A program made the translations under genes and the position numbers. The notes under the pieces were generated by a model. It saw only the letters and a list, made by a program, of their open reading frames with translations, made no database searches and was not told the origin of the DNA. 64,000 nucleotides of DNA from an uncultured Clostridia bacterium (GTDB lineage Bacteria; Bacillota; Clostridia; Oscillospirales; Acutalibacteraceae): NCBI GenBank assembly GCA_946531445.1, contig CAMNAP010000002.1:7887-71886 (forward strand), in the 5' to 3' direction. Of this stretch, positions 41,423 through 51,798 are shown piece by piece. Every line of letters starts with the position of its first letter. Positions within the stretch are counted from its first letter, which is position 1.

Positions 41423-42226
41423 TTATAATTTACTGTCTTTTTCAACAGCTTTATTAACTGCGTTGTGGACTGCTTTTTCAAAGCCGTCGCGCTGAAGCGA
41501 CATTACGCCCTCAATTGTTGTTCCACCCGGTGAGCAGACCTTGTCTATAAGCTCCCAGGGATGAGTTTCGGGCGAAGCGTCAAGAATCATTTTTGCGCTT
41601 CCGAGAACTGTCTGAGCGGCAATCATAAGCGCCTTGTCCTTTTTCATTCCGTTTTTAACGCCTGCTCTTGCGAGAGCGTCAATAAACATATACGAAAATG
41701 CGGGACCGCAGCCTCCTATTACACCGAAGAGCGGGAACTCACTCTCGTCAAGATACATAACCTGACCGACTCCCGAAAAGATTTTCTCACACAGCTGTCT
41801 GTCGCTCTCATTTGCCGTTTTATTTGAAGTGTATGCGCTTATAGCTTCGCCTACCTCGGCGTTTATATTGGGCATTACTCTGATAATTCTGTTATCGTGC
41901 GAAAGAGCGTTTCTAATAAACGAGAGCGTTTTGCCCGCCGCAATAGAAATAAGAAGTGTATCACTGTCCTCAAGCGCTGTATTGATTTTGTCAAGCACTG
42001 AGCCGAGTACGTTAGGCTTAACGGCGAGAATAACTGCGTCGCTCTTTTTTACTGCGTCTCTTTCACTTTCGCAGATGTTTACGCCGTATTTTTTCTCAAG
42101 CTCCTGCATTGCGGGAGTATAGACGTCGAACACGTTAATATCGCTTGCGTTTACAACATCGCCCTCAATTATTCCCTTGATAATTGCGCGCGCCATATTG
42201 CCGCAACCTATAAAGCCAAGTGACAT
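41423..42226 (-). CDS. proC: Pyrroline-5-carboxylate reductase
   Basis: GFIGCGNMA, LAVKP, IRVMPN, VCSPGGTT. Confidence 0.96.
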   Translation of the reverse strand: MSLGFIGCGNMARAIIKGIIEGDVVNASDINVFDVYTPAMQELEKKYGVNICESERDAVKKSDAVILAVKPNVLGSVLDKINTALEDSDTLLISIAAGKTLSFIRNALSHDNRIIRVMPNINAEVGEAISAYTSNKTANESDRQLCEKIFSGVGQVMYLDESEFPLFGVIGGCGPAFSYMFIDALARAGVKNGMKKDKALMIAAQTVLGSAKMILDASPETHPWELIDKVCSPGGTTIEGVMSLQRDGFEKAVHNAVNKAVEKDSKL

Positions 42227-42281
42227 AATTACACCCCGTTTCGTTTTACTAATTATATAATATCACAAAACGGGATTAATA

Positions 42282-42539
42282 TCAATTGTTTTTAATAAGC
42301 GAATATTTCCTTTTTGTCGCCTCTCCGCCGCGCAGATGACGTATTGCCTTGTTTTGCTGAAGCACATTGTTCACTTCATATGCAAGGGTGGGGGAAACTA
42401 AGGCAAGGCGCTTTGTTACGTCAGTATGTACCGTTGATTTACTGACGGAAAACACCTCGGCGGTTTTTCTTACGGTTGCCTTATTTTCAACTATATATTC
42501 GCCGAGGGCGACGCATCTTTCCTCAAAAGCTTTTTTCAT
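42282..42539 (-). CDS. spoIIID: Sporulation transcriptional regulator SpoIIID
   Basis: ATVRKTAEVFSVSKSTVHTDV...RHLRGGEATKRKY. Confidence 0.95.
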   Translation of the reverse strand: MKKAFEERCVALGEYIVENKATVRKTAEVFSVSKSTVHTDVTKRLALVSPTLAYEVNNVLQQNKAIRHLRGGEATKRKYSLIKNN

Positions 42540-42558
42540 ATAAACTACTCCTTGTGTA

Positions 42559-42588
42559 ATTTATATGAAACGGAAATAATAATATGAC
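42559..42588 (-). promoter_or_regulatory. sigmaE-type promoter for spoIIID
   Basis: Minus strand GTCATATT-13 bp-CATATAAAT. Confidence 0.7.
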
Positions 42589-42620
42589 AAAGCCGCACCA
42601 ACTCTGAAAGGTGCGGCTTT
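42589..42620 (-). terminator. Terminator-like hairpin after the prs operon
   Basis: AAAGCCGCACC-10 nt-GGTGCGGCTTT. Confidence 0.65.
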
Positions 42621-42630
42621 AAGGAAATTA

Positions 42631-43188
42631 TCAGTCTTGTTTGTCAGTTGTTGTTTCGGCTTTATCGGTTGTTGTTTCGCCGCTTTCAGCCTTTGCCTCC
42701 TCGGCAAACTGAGAAATTGCGTCAAGAGGCGTTTTAAGATTGAAGTTCTTCACCTTGTTGAAAACAAGCGTTTCCTTCATATCCTTTTCAGCCTTTTTGC
42801 CGTTGTACTCAAGAAGAGTCATTTTAAGCTGGTCGTTTGAAATACTGATTTTGTAAACAACGCTGGCGTTTGTGTTGTATTCAATGAGCGAGAGCTCGTT
42901 ACCTCTGAGCTGGTAATCCTTTGTAATAGTTACCTTACTGCTTACGTGGTAATCGTAGCTTCCGTCCTCATAAAATTCGTAACCGAGAATTGCGTCGTCA
43001 TTCTGCCATTTTCCGACAATCTGCTGAGCGTCGGGAGTAAACACGTCCTTAACCGCCTGGAAGGGACTTTCCTTGTTTACAACTGAGAAAACGCCGAGCG
43101 GAACAATTGCAACTATTAAAACGGTAATAATAACAGTTACAATAATCGTCTGTGTTTTTGACAGATTTTTTAAATTGATTTTACTCAT
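42631..43188 (-). CDS. Membrane-anchored hypothetical protein (DUF5640/lipocalin-like)
   Basis: N-terminal TM, IVGKW...GYEFYEDGSY, Thr-rich tail. Confidence 0.6.
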   Translation of the reverse strand: MSKINLKNLSKTQTIIVTVIITVLIVAIVPLGVFSVVNKESPFQAVKDVFTPDAQQIVGKWQNDDAILGYEFYEDGSYDYHVSSKVTITKDYQLRGNELSLIEYNTNASVVYKISISNDQLKMTLLEYNGKKAEKDMKETLVFNKVKNFNLKTPLDAISQFAEEAKAESGETTTDKAETTTDKQD

Positions 43189-43189
43189 A

Positions 43190-44365
43190 TTACTTCAGTC
43201 CTTTTTCAGTAAGTAATTTATTGATTTTATCTGAAGAATCAAGAAGAGAGGATACAGAGAGGTCGTGGTTAATTGTATCAATGAAATATGCAAGATACTT
43301 TGAAAGCTCAACGCTCTCATACCACGGGCGTGAAAGAAGCTCGGGTGACTGATATACGCCGTTTGTTGTAAATACTCTCTCAATAATTCCGTCTTCATAT
43401 GCCTTGTCGAATACGTCAAGTCCGTTACAGAAAAGACCGAACGAACAGCACACGATAATTCTTGAAGCGCCGAGCTCTTTGAGCTTGCGTGCAACGTCAA
43501 GCATAGAGTCGCCTGACGAAATCATATCGTCAATGATTATAATATCTTTTCCCTTTACGCTTTCGCCGAGGTACTGATGGTCAACAATGGGATTGCGGCC
43601 GTCAACAACCTTAGTGTAATCGCGTCTTTTATAGAACATACCGAGATTAACGCCAAGCTGAGTTGCAAAATAAATTGCGCGGTGCATTGCGCCCTCGTCG
43701 GGAGAGATAATGAGAAGATGGTCAGGGTCAACCTGAAGATTATCTACGTTTAATACTATTGCTTTAATCTGCTGATATGCAGGCATTACGTTTTCAAACG
43801 ACTTGTGGGGGATTGAGTTCTGAACTCTCTTGTCGTGCGCGTCAATAGTTATAATATTTTCAACGCCGAGAGATGTGAGCTCCTGAAGCGCCATAGCGCA
43901 GTCAAGCGATTCGCGTGAATTACGCTTGTGCTGTCTTCCCTCATAGAGCATAGGCATAATAACGTTGATTCTCTTTGCCTTGCTTGACGCTGCAGAGATA
44001 ACTCTCTTGAGGTCTGCAAAATGGTCGTCGGGGGATTTTGGTACAGTCATACCGTACATATTATATGTAACGGAATAGTTGAAACAGTCCGCTACAATAT
44101 AAAGGTCATAGCCTCTTATTGAATCGTTAATTACAACCTTACCTTCGCCTGAGCCGAAACGGATAACGTTTTTATTAATCTGGTAGCTGCCTCTGTGGTA
44201 GCCGTAGAAGGCTATTGTGTTTTTGTGTTCAGCCGCCTGCTCCTCGCGCCATCTGACAATATAGTTGTCAATTTTTGCAGCGAGCTCCTCGCAGCCCGGA
44301 AGGGCAATGATACCGAGCGGTCCGTAAGGAATGGTCTGAACCTCTTGTGCTGTGATTCTTGGCAT
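43190..44365 (-). CDS. prs: Ribose-phosphate pyrophosphokinase (long clostridial type)
   Basis: RFGSGEGK, MLYEGRQH, ISPDEGA, IIIDDMISSGDS. Confidence 0.92.
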   Translation of the reverse strand: MPRITAQEVQTIPYGPLGIIALPGCEELAAKIDNYIVRWREEQAAEHKNTIAFYGYHRGSYQINKNVIRFGSGEGKVVINDSIRGYDLYIVADCFNYSVTYNMYGMTVPKSPDDHFADLKRVISAASSKAKRINVIMPMLYEGRQHKRNSRESLDCAMALQELTSLGVENIITIDAHDKRVQNSIPHKSFENVMPAYQQIKAIVLNVDNLQVDPDHLLIISPDEGAMHRAIYFATQLGVNLGMFYKRRDYTKVVDGRNPIVDHQYLGESVKGKDIIIIDDMISSGDSMLDVARKLKELGASRIIVCCSFGLFCNGLDVFDKAYEDGIIERVFTTNGVYQSPELLSRPWYESVELSKYLAYFIDTINHDLSVSSLLDSSDKINKLLTEKGLK

Positions 44366-44475
44366 GATAATCTCCTCTCATATCTGATACTGCTATTTTA
44401 CAACAAAATTCTGCAAAAATAAACCTTTTTACAAAATTTTGGAGTTAAAGATTTTGGTAAAAATTTCGCCTTTAT

Positions 44476-47400
44476 TTAGACACTTTCAACAATGTTTGAG
44501 CCGTTTTGCTTTTGCAGGCGCTTTTTTCTTTTTCGCAGCACAAGGAAAGCTATGAGCGACAGGTAAGAAACGGCTGTAATAATTACGCCGTATTTAAAGC
44601 CGCGCGGTTCAAACTTGAGCTTAACCTTATGCTCGCCCTCTTTTATTTTGCAGGCAAGCTGACATTCGCCGAGCTTAAAGGTTTCAGTCTTTTTGCCGTC
44701 TATATAAATGCTCCAGCCCTTGTCAAATGGAATTGACGTGTAAAGATATCCGTCGTAACCTGCCTTGACAGTTCCCTCAATTGCTGTTTGTGAGTGTTTT
44801 TCAATGTTCATTTTGCCCATATCAAGAATTTCATATGCGCTTTCAAATACCTCGCTGTCTACATTGTAGGCGTAGATTTCAAAGAAGGAGCTGTCTGTAT
44901 CAATAGAGCCGCATTCAAGCGAGGCGGTCACAATGTCGCCCTTCTTATGTTTTCCGAGGTCCATAATATTTGGCTCGTCAATATTCTGATAATGGGTTTT
45001 ATCCTCATTGTCTGTTGAGTAGTTAACATTTTCAATTTCGGGCGAGGTGATATAGACGTAAAGATTTCCGTCGTTTACGCACTGAATACCTATGTCGATT
45101 GAGCCCGTAGTTGAATCCTCGTCATTCTTTGAGAAATAGTATGTTCCGTTTTCTGTTACCTCGTCGGTTGTAATTTCATCTGATTCACAGCTTACAAACT
45201 GAGCGGGAATGAAAACGTCCGATACACCTGCTGCACGGTCAATAAAGTCCTCCTGAACGGCAAAGGGGTTGCCCTCTTCAACGCCCCATTTCTTTACGCC
45301 CTCTGAAACCTCAAAGGCTACGGGAAGATAGTAATCGTTTTCGTAAACCTCGGTTTTTTCGTCCTTAGTTGTGTACTTGTGGGTATAGTAATTAACCGAG
45401 GGCTGAATACTCTCGTCAGTCTTGATTATATACTTGAGCGCATACATCATATTATAAACGGGAGTCTGTGTGTTATAGGTGTAGGAATTAATTCTGTTGC
45501 CCGCATTACCGAGTGAATACTGAGTCTGTGAAAAATCCTCGTACGCCATAGACGAGAAGGTGCTCATACCTCTGTAGCCGTAAAGACAGGGGTCCATTCT
45601 TGTATCAAGATATGTCAGCTCAGTACGGTAGAAATCCTTATCGTTTTTATAGGTGTTTTCAATAGCGTCGCGGAATGTGTCATAATGAACGAGGTAGTCC
45701 TTTTCATACTGAGTGAATAAAAACGAATTCATATCGGCGACGATAACCTCGCAGAAGGTGATTGCGAAAACCGTAAGGGTGATAATGAATTTTTGCATTT
45801 TGCCCTTTCTTATCAAAAGCAGAACGCCGGTCCACACTATAATAAGTCCGATATTCATATAGATAGTGTACTCAGTCATCTTGTTTGTCATATACTTTTG
45901 CATAAGTATTACGGCAAACAGCCAAAGCATACCTACAAGAGCAATATCTCTGTATTCAATTCCCTTAATTCGCTTAATGCTTCTGAATGCAATAACGAGA
46001 ATTATAAACGAGTACATAAAGCTGAAGCGGTAAGGCAAATCGTTGGGGAAATGAAGCGCGTGCCATATGAAATTGAACCAGTTGTTATCAAAGCTGAAAA
46101 CAAAGAAGATTATAAGAAGAACGTAAACCGTCTTTTCTTTTAATCGGATTTCTCTGTTAATAATATAAAGCGGAATAAGAAGAATGCTGAGAATTCCGCA
46201 GTAGATGTTGGGAAGCACGTCGTCGCCTGAGGAGCGTATAGTTGTTTCAAGCCCCGCAAGGTGAGAGGTGAAAAGATTGAAAATATCAAAATAGCTCTCA
46301 AAGGTTGTCGGAGCGGAGTCAGACGTTGCCGAAGCGCTCTGAAGAATAAGGAATACGGGAATAAGCACAGCGGCGCAAAGAGCGGCGCTGAATACAGAAG
46401 CCGCAGCAAACGTAACACCGCGGTTGAAAAAGCGGTTATTCATATATCCCTTTAACGAATACTTTTTAAATTCGGCGGATTTATCAAGCTTTGCAGAGCC
46501 GCCCGCAAGCGCAAAGTACGCAAAGAAATAAATAACGGAAAACAGGCAGGTCATAAAGCCGATATAGTAGGTTGAATAAAGAAGCACCGTAAGAGAAGCG
46601 ATGTAAAGAGCGGGCTTGCCGAAATTGATTATTCTTTCAATACCGAGAATAACAAGCGGGAAGAGAATCATTCCGTCAACCCACATAATATTCCAATAGT
46701 ACGCAAGGAAGTATGAGCAAAATGCATAAAACGTTGCAAAGCCTGAGCATACAAGGGAATTGCCCCTCTGGCTGTGCTTGAGATAAACACCGAAAGTACC
46801 TGCCGAGAGTATGCCTTTAATAGCAACAAGCGCGGTTATAGCATAGGGCATATCCTTTCTGTCAAACAGAAGGATAATTGCCGAAAGCGGACTTGAAAGA
46901 TAGTTGAAATAGTTTCCGATAAACGGCGAGCCGCCGCCTGACGTCCACGAATAGAGAAAGCTCTGGAAATGAGTCACTCTGTCGTAAAGCTCGCAGAAAA
47001 GCGGACCGTACTGGTGGTATAAATCCATTCTTAAAACGGTCAAATCGCCAAAGGGAAACAGCATAAATATCAGATAGATAAACGTCATTGAAAGGAAGGC
47101 GAGAAGCATTCCCGCAATAACGAATCTGTATGAAAAGAACAGCTTGTATGCTCTTCCGCCGCACGAATCCTTTGCTTTTCCTCTGCAGTCAAAGACAATC
47201 AGTCTGTCAAAATAGTAATTGAAAAAAAGATAGATGAAAAACGTTACAAAAAATGCAAACGCAACCGATTGCTTCAAAACAGTAACAAACGCAAAGGAAG
47301 CGATTTTGTAAAAGCCGAAATCTATTGCACACCTGAAGAGGTAGAAGAGAAGCTGTTTTACAAGCGTTGTTCGGGCGTTTTTGTTAAAAACGTATTTCTT

Positions 47401-47604
47401 TTCAATAATAAATAAAACAGCCGCTGAAACCGCCGCCGCTATTCCGCACGATACGGGAGCGGAAAGCGCAAAGACAATTTTCAAAAGCTGTTTGAGTATC
47501 AAAAACAGCAGTGAGACGGTAAAGAGAGACAAGCTCCATTTTACCGTTTCACTGTTTATTATTTTATTTGAAGTAAGTTTATTTTCGGAAATAGTTATGT
47601 CCAT
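44476..47604 (-). CDS. YfhO-family GT-C glycosyltransferase with an N-terminal GtrA-like domain
   Basis: YfhO-like DLYHQY, NYLSSP, YYWNIMW, PYRFSF, SIPFDKGW. The N-terminal 4-TM segment (EKKYVF...YYFDRLIVF) resembles GtrA. ATG at 47604. Confidence 0.82.
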   Translation of the reverse strand: MDITISENKLTSNKIINSETVKWSLSLFTVSLLFLILKQLLKIVFALSAPVSCGIAAAVSAAVLFIIEKKYVFNKNARTTLVKQLLFYLFRCAIDFGFYKIASFAFVTVLKQSVAFAFFVTFFIYLFFNYYFDRLIVFDCRGKAKDSCGGRAYKLFFSYRFVIAGMLLAFLSMTFIYLIFMLFPFGDLTVLRMDLYHQYGPLFCELYDRVTHFQSFLYSWTSGGGSPFIGNYFNYLSSPLSAIILLFDRKDMPYAITALVAIKGILSAGTFGVYLKHSQRGNSLVCSGFATFYAFCSYFLAYYWNIMWVDGMILFPLVILGIERIINFGKPALYIASLTVLLYSTYYIGFMTCLFSVIYFFAYFALAGGSAKLDKSAEFKKYSLKGYMNNRFFNRGVTFAAASVFSAALCAAVLIPVFLILQSASATSDSAPTTFESYFDIFNLFTSHLAGLETTIRSSGDDVLPNIYCGILSILLIPLYIINREIRLKEKTVYVLLIIFFVFSFDNNWFNFIWHALHFPNDLPYRFSFMYSFIILVIAFRSIKRIKGIEYRDIALVGMLWLFAVILMQKYMTNKMTEYTIYMNIGLIIVWTGVLLLIRKGKMQKFIITLTVFAITFCEVIVADMNSFLFTQYEKDYLVHYDTFRDAIENTYKNDKDFYRTELTYLDTRMDPCLYGYRGMSTFSSMAYEDFSQTQYSLGNAGNRINSYTYNTQTPVYNMMYALKYIIKTDESIQPSVNYYTHKYTTKDEKTEVYENDYYLPVAFEVSEGVKKWGVEEGNPFAVQEDFIDRAAGVSDVFIPAQFVSCESDEITTDEVTENGTYYFSKNDEDSTTGSIDIGIQCVNDGNLYVYITSPEIENVNYSTDNEDKTHYQNIDEPNIMDLGKHKKGDIVTASLECGSIDTDSSFFEIYAYNVDSEVFESAYEILDMGKMNIEKHSQTAIEGTVKAGYDGYLYTSIPFDKGWSIYIDGKKTETFKLGECQLACKIKEGEHKVKLKFEPRGFKYGVIITAVSYLSLIAFLVLRKRKKRLQKQNGSNIVESV

Positions 47605-47693
47605 TAGTAAACCTCTTTGTATTTTATACCATACTGATAATAACATAAATTAAATAATACTTCAATTGAAGCAATGCAATTTTAACCTCTTTG

Positions 47694-47722
47694 TAATATT
47701 TGGCGGGACAATCTCATATGAT
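47694..47722 (+). promoter_or_regulatory. sigmaE-type promoter for the spoIIIA operon
   Basis: TAATATT-14 bp-CATATGAT. Confidence 0.65.
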
Positions 47723-47748
47723 GAGTTAGAAGCAAAGAGGGATAAGCT

Positions 47749-48729
47749 ATGATACCTGAAGTTATAACCGGTAATATGAGCGATAAATTTAAGGAAATAT
47801 TCAATATGATTGATTCGGGAATCGTTGAAAGCATAAATGAGATAAGAATAAGGCGGCAGGGATATATTACGCTTGTAATAAGAAGCAGCAGCTATTTTGT
47901 TGACTGTAACGGCGACCTCTATTCTCATCCCGAAAGTCACTGCGTTATTACAGACAGCGAGGAATTTGACAGGCTGTTTATGTCGTTTTGTTCATACTCG
48001 CTTCATTCGCACACCCACACGCTGAAAAAGGGATATATATCCCTCGGCGGAGTGAGAATAGGTGTTGCGGGAGAGGGTGTTTATGAGGACGGAAGACTTA
48101 TCTCTGTTAAGGACGTAACCTCAATGAATATCCGTATTCCGCGCGCGGTTAGAGGCTGCTCAAAGGAGCTTATTAACGCGCTTTATTTAAAGGGCAAACC
48201 CAATCTTATTGTAGCAGGAGCGCCGGGCAGCGGAAAGACAACGCTTATAAGAGACCTTGCCCGCAGTCTGTCAGACGGCGAGGGAGGGAAGAGCCTCAGA
48301 GTCTGCGCCATAGACGAGAGAAAGGAGCTTTTTCCTGACGTTAATCCGCATAGCCGTGGAGTTAATACAGACGTGATTTCAGGCTTTTCAAAGGCAGAGG
48401 GAATTGAGCTTGCGGTAAGGACAATGTCACCCGAGCTTATAGTATGCGACGAAATAGGAACGCTTGAGGAGGCAAGGTCGCTTCGCTTTGCGTTTTCGTC
48501 GGGAGTTATGCTCGTTCTTTCCGTACATGCGGGAAGCGTTGAAGAGCTGATGAGAAAAACGGTTGCAAGGTATCTTATTGAAAGCGGCGAATTTACGCAC
48601 CTTGCTCTTTTTCGTTCATTTACATATAAGGCTGATATTTTCAGCATTTCGGAGGTGCTCGGTGAAAACGGCGGGGGCTGTACTGTTGATGATTTCTGCG
48701 GCGGGCTTGGGAATTCTTTTATCCGCTAA
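47749..48729 (+). CDS. spoIIIAA: Stage III sporulation protein AA (ATPase)
   Basis: SMNIRIPR, GAPGSGKTT, IDERKE, RTMSPELIVCDEIG. Confidence 0.92.
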   Translation: MIPEVITGNMSDKFKEIFNMIDSGIVESINEIRIRRQGYITLVIRSSSYFVDCNGDLYSHPESHCVITDSEEFDRLFMSFCSYSLHSHTHTLKKGYISLGGVRIGVAGEGVYEDGRLISVKDVTSMNIRIPRAVRGCSKELINALYLKGKPNLIVAGAPGSGKTTLIRDLARSLSDGEGGKSLRVCAIDERKELFPDVNPHSRGVNTDVISGFSKAEGIELAVRTMSPELIVCDEIGTLEEARSLRFAFSSGVMLVLSVHAGSVEELMRKTVARYLIESGEFTHLALFRSFTYKADIFSISEVLGENGGGCTVDDFCGGLGNSFIR

Positions 48730-49114
48730 GCTCAGGGATTGCGTGCTTATCTGCCGCGAGCTTCTTAATTTCTGCGACATTTTAAGTATTGACATAAGTA
48801 CAAGAAAAAATTCGGTAATTTCACTTATTGAAGAGAATTCAGGCGGCAGGCTTTCATTTCTGAATAAGGAAATGCTGCTTGAAAAAAGCATAGCCCGTAC
48901 GCCGCTCGGCGACAGTGACAACGCGGAAATCGGAACTTTTATATATTCGCTCGGCAAGAGCGATACTCAGTCTCAGCTTCTTCTGATTGAAAGCTTCAGA
49001 GAATACATTAAAGCAAGAGAAAGCTATTATAAAGAGAAATACATTAAGGATTCAAAGCTCAATATTGCTATGGGCGTATCAGGCGGAATAATTATCGCTT
49101 TAACAGTATTGTAA
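48662..49114 (+). CDS. spoIIIAB: Stage III sporulation protein AB
   Basis: Operon position, LGKSDTQSQ, two terminal TMs; GTG 48662 follows GGAGGT. Confidence 0.8.
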   Translation: MKTAGAVLLMISAAGLGILLSAKLRDCVLICRELLNFCDILSIDISTRKNSVISLIEENSGGRLSFLNKEMLLEKSIARTPLGDSDNAEIGTFIYSLGKSDTQSQLLLIESFREYIKARESYYKEKYIKDSKLNIAMGVSGGIIIALTVL

Positions 49115-49127
49115 CCGAGGTATAAAA

Positions 49128-49322
49128 ATGGATGTTAACTTTATCTTTAAAATCGCGGCGATTGGCGTAATAGTTGCGGTGCTCAATATAACGCTTACGC
49201 GCTCGGGACGTGAGGAGCAGGCAATGCTTACAACGCTTACGGGAGTTATAGTTGTACTGATGATGCTTATTCCTCAAATCAGCAGTCTTTTTAAAACGGT
49301 TAGAGAGCTGTTTGATTTATGA
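49128..49322 (+). CDS. spoIIIAC: Stage III sporulation protein AC
   Basis: MDVNFIFKIAAIG...SGREEQA. Confidence 0.93.
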   Translation: MDVNFIFKIAAIGVIVAVLNITLTRSGREEQAMLTTLTGVIVVLMMLIPQISSLFKTVRELFDL

Positions 49323-49699
49323 CTCGGATTACGGGGATTTCAGTCTGTGTTCTGTTTTGCGCGCTGATAATCAGAGAGCGAAATAAAACTGTATCCGCTC
49401 TGCTTACCGTTGGCGGAATCATCTGTCTTTTGGGCGAGACGGCAGGAGAGATTGCAAGAATTGTAAAGCACGTTGAAAATATTACAGAGAGTATAGACGG
49501 GACAGGCGGTTACATAAGGCTTATGCTAAAGGTACTCGCCATAACTCTTCTCACTCAGACGGTAAGCGACATTTGCCGCGATAACGGGGAAAACGCGCTT
49601 GCAGGAGTGACTGAGTTTTCTTCAAAGGTTATTGTGGTATCGCTGATTTTACCGCTGTTTGAAACTGTAATAAGCATTGTGGGCGGGATTATAAAATGA
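49319..49699 (+). CDS. spoIIIAD: Stage III sporulation protein AD
   Basis: SDICRDNGENALA...SKVI. Confidence 0.88.
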   Translation: MTRITGISVCVLFCALIIRERNKTVSALLTVGGIICLLGETAGEIARIVKHVENITESIDGTGGYIRLMLKVLAITLLTQTVSDICRDNGENALAGVTEFSSKVIVVSLILPLFETVISIVGGIIK

Positions 49700-50829
49700 A
49701 AAAAGCTTTAGTTTTTACTGTTTCACTTTTTCTTTTTTGTGCAGTCCCGTTTTCTGTCGGCGCAAAAGAGGACGGGCTTACCGAGGAGGGCTACAGACAG
49801 CAGCTTGAAAGCTACGATTTATCGTTTTTTGAAAGCGAGCTTGACAGGGATACATATTCATTTTTAGAGGAGCTGGGACTTAATGAATTCAGTCTTGACG
49901 GTATTACCTCGCTTTCGCTTGACAGAGTTCTCTCGCTATTGATAAAAATTCTGAAAAACCGCGCAACAAAGCCGCTTTTCGGCGCGCAGTCAGTTTTGAT
50001 TTATATAATTCTTTCTGCGTTTTTTCAGAGTGTAAAAAGCGATATGTCGGATATGAATTCGCTGTATTCAACCGTTTCGGCTCTCGCCGTTTCGCTTGTT
50101 CTTGCGGGTGAAATATCGCCTACAGTATCGCTTGCAGTTTCAAGCGTAGGTGTAGCTTCAGATTTTGTATTTGCCTTTGTTCCCGTATTCTGCGCAATAG
50201 TTGCAACAAGCGGAGGAATTACTCAGGCGTTTTCAACAAACGCAATGCTGCTTACACTTGCGCAGGCGTTTTCCGTTTTTGCCTCAGACTTTTTTACGCC
50301 AGTTATAAACTGCTTTCTCGGTATCGGAATATGCTCGGGACTGAGGTGTGAATTACAGCTTCAGCGTGTAGTTGCGGGAATAAAAAAGGGTATAATTTTT
50401 CTTCTTTCACTGACGTGCGGAGCGTTTGTTTCCGTCATTTCAATCAAGACAACTGTTGCCGCAAGGGCGGATATTTTAGGAATACGTTCTATACGATTTG
50501 TAATAAACAGCGTCGTTCCCGTTGTCGGCGGAGCGCTCAGCGAGGGACTGCTTTCAATACAGAGCTACACGTCAATGGTGAGGAGCAGCGTCGGTACAGT
50601 AGGGATAATTGCAATTTGTCTTGTCTTTCTTCCCGCAATTCTTGAAACTGCGCTGTGGCGGCTTGTTATGTTTTTCGGTATTGCGCTTTGCGACGTTTTC
50701 GGAGAGAAGAACGTTTCGCTTATGCTTGAAGCGTTCAGGGATACTGCTCTTCTTTTAAATGTTGTTCTCATAATATCAATGCTTTGCGCCGTAATCTCTT
50801 TCGGTATTCTTACTGTGTCGGGAGGATAA
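49696..50829 (+). CDS. spoIIIAE: Stage III sporulation protein AE
   Basis: Multi-TM; VPVVGGALSE motif; operon position. Confidence 0.88.
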   Translation: MKKALVFTVSLFLFCAVPFSVGAKEDGLTEEGYRQQLESYDLSFFESELDRDTYSFLEELGLNEFSLDGITSLSLDRVLSLLIKILKNRATKPLFGAQSVLIYIILSAFFQSVKSDMSDMNSLYSTVSALAVSLVLAGEISPTVSLAVSSVGVASDFVFAFVPVFCAIVATSGGITQAFSTNAMLLTLAQAFSVFASDFFTPVINCFLGIGICSGLRCELQLQRVVAGIKKGIIFLLSLTCGAFVSVISIKTTVAARADILGIRSIRFVINSVVPVVGGALSEGLLSIQSYTSMVRSSVGTVGIIAICLVFLPAILETALWRLVMFFGIALCDVFGEKNVSLMLEAFRDTALLLNVVLIISMLCAVISFGILTVSGG

Positions 50830-50830
50830 A

Positions 50831-51280
50831 ATGGAATTTCTAAAGCAGTGGACGTTGTGCGTTTGCGCCTCGGTAATATGCGCGGTGATTATGTCGCTTT
50901 TTACACCGAGGGGAGGAATGAAAACGTTTTATAGAATTCTTATTTCGTTCTTTGTTTTCTTCTCATTCTTGTATCCGCTGAAAAACGGCTTTGCAATCAG
51001 CTTTGATTTCCCCGACGGAATAAGCTTTGCGCAGGAGAAAATGTATACAGAAAATCCGTATGAAACAACTGTAAGCGAGCAGGTTAAAGCAGTACTTAAG
51101 GAGAATAATATTGACGGCGCTTCTGTTATGCCTGAAATCAGTACAGATTTTGAAAGCGGTGAAATAACTGTAAAAGCGCTTAAAATAGCCGTTCCCGACG
51201 GGTACGACAAAGAGAAGGTGCGCAACATAGTATTTGATTCGCTCGGCTTATATGCGGAGGTGACAGGTATTGGAGACTGA
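50831..51280 (+). CDS. spoIIIAF: Stage III sporulation protein AF
   Basis: MEFLKQW...LFTP N-terminus; operon position. Confidence 0.75.
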   Translation: MEFLKQWTLCVCASVICAVIMSLFTPRGGMKTFYRILISFFVFFSFLYPLKNGFAISFDFPDGISFAQEKMYTENPYETTVSEQVKAVLKENNIDGASVMPEISTDFESGEITVKALKIAVPDGYDKEKVRNIVFDSLGLYAEVTGIGD

Positions 51281-51794
51281 TATAAAGCGCCTGATTAAAA
51301 GCTTTAACAGCGGCGACAGAAGGGTTAAGCTTATTGCTGCGGCTGCGGCGCTCGGCGTTCTTCTTATTCTTATTTCGGAGTTTATTCCTCAGCAGAGCGC
51401 AAAGGTGAAAAGCGTAAAAGACGACGGGCTTTACGCCGAATATATCGCCTCGCTTGAAGAGAGAACTCAAAAGCTTGTTTCAAGCATTGACGGGGCGGGG
51501 CGCTGTAAAGTTATGATAACGCTTAAAACTGACGGCGAAAGCGTTTTTGCAAAAAACTTTCAGGAAAATCAGAGCGATAGTTCTTATTCTAAAAATGATG
51601 AATATGTATTTTATGAAGGGGAGTCGGGCAAATCGCCCGTAAGAATCAAACAGTATTTTCCCGCAGTTCAGGGCGTTGCGGTGGTTTGCGACGGCGCAGA
51701 TAAAACTGAGGTGAGGGAAAGTATTATAAACAGCATTTCGTCGCTGTACGGCGTGTCTGTTTCAAAAATAAGTGTTTCAAAATATAAAGGGTGA
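51270..51794 (+). CDS. spoIIIAG: Stage III sporulation protein AG
   Basis: LEERTQKLVSSIDGAGRCKVMITL, PAVQGVAVVCDGAD. Confidence 0.88.
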   Translation: METDIKRLIKSFNSGDRRVKLIAAAAALGVLLILISEFIPQQSAKVKSVKDDGLYAEYIASLEERTQKLVSSIDGAGRCKVMITLKTDGESVFAKNFQENQSDSSYSKNDEYVFYEGESGKSPVRIKQYFPAVQGVAVVCDGADKTEVRESIINSISSLYGVSVSKISVSKYKG

Positions 51795-51798
51795 TTGT

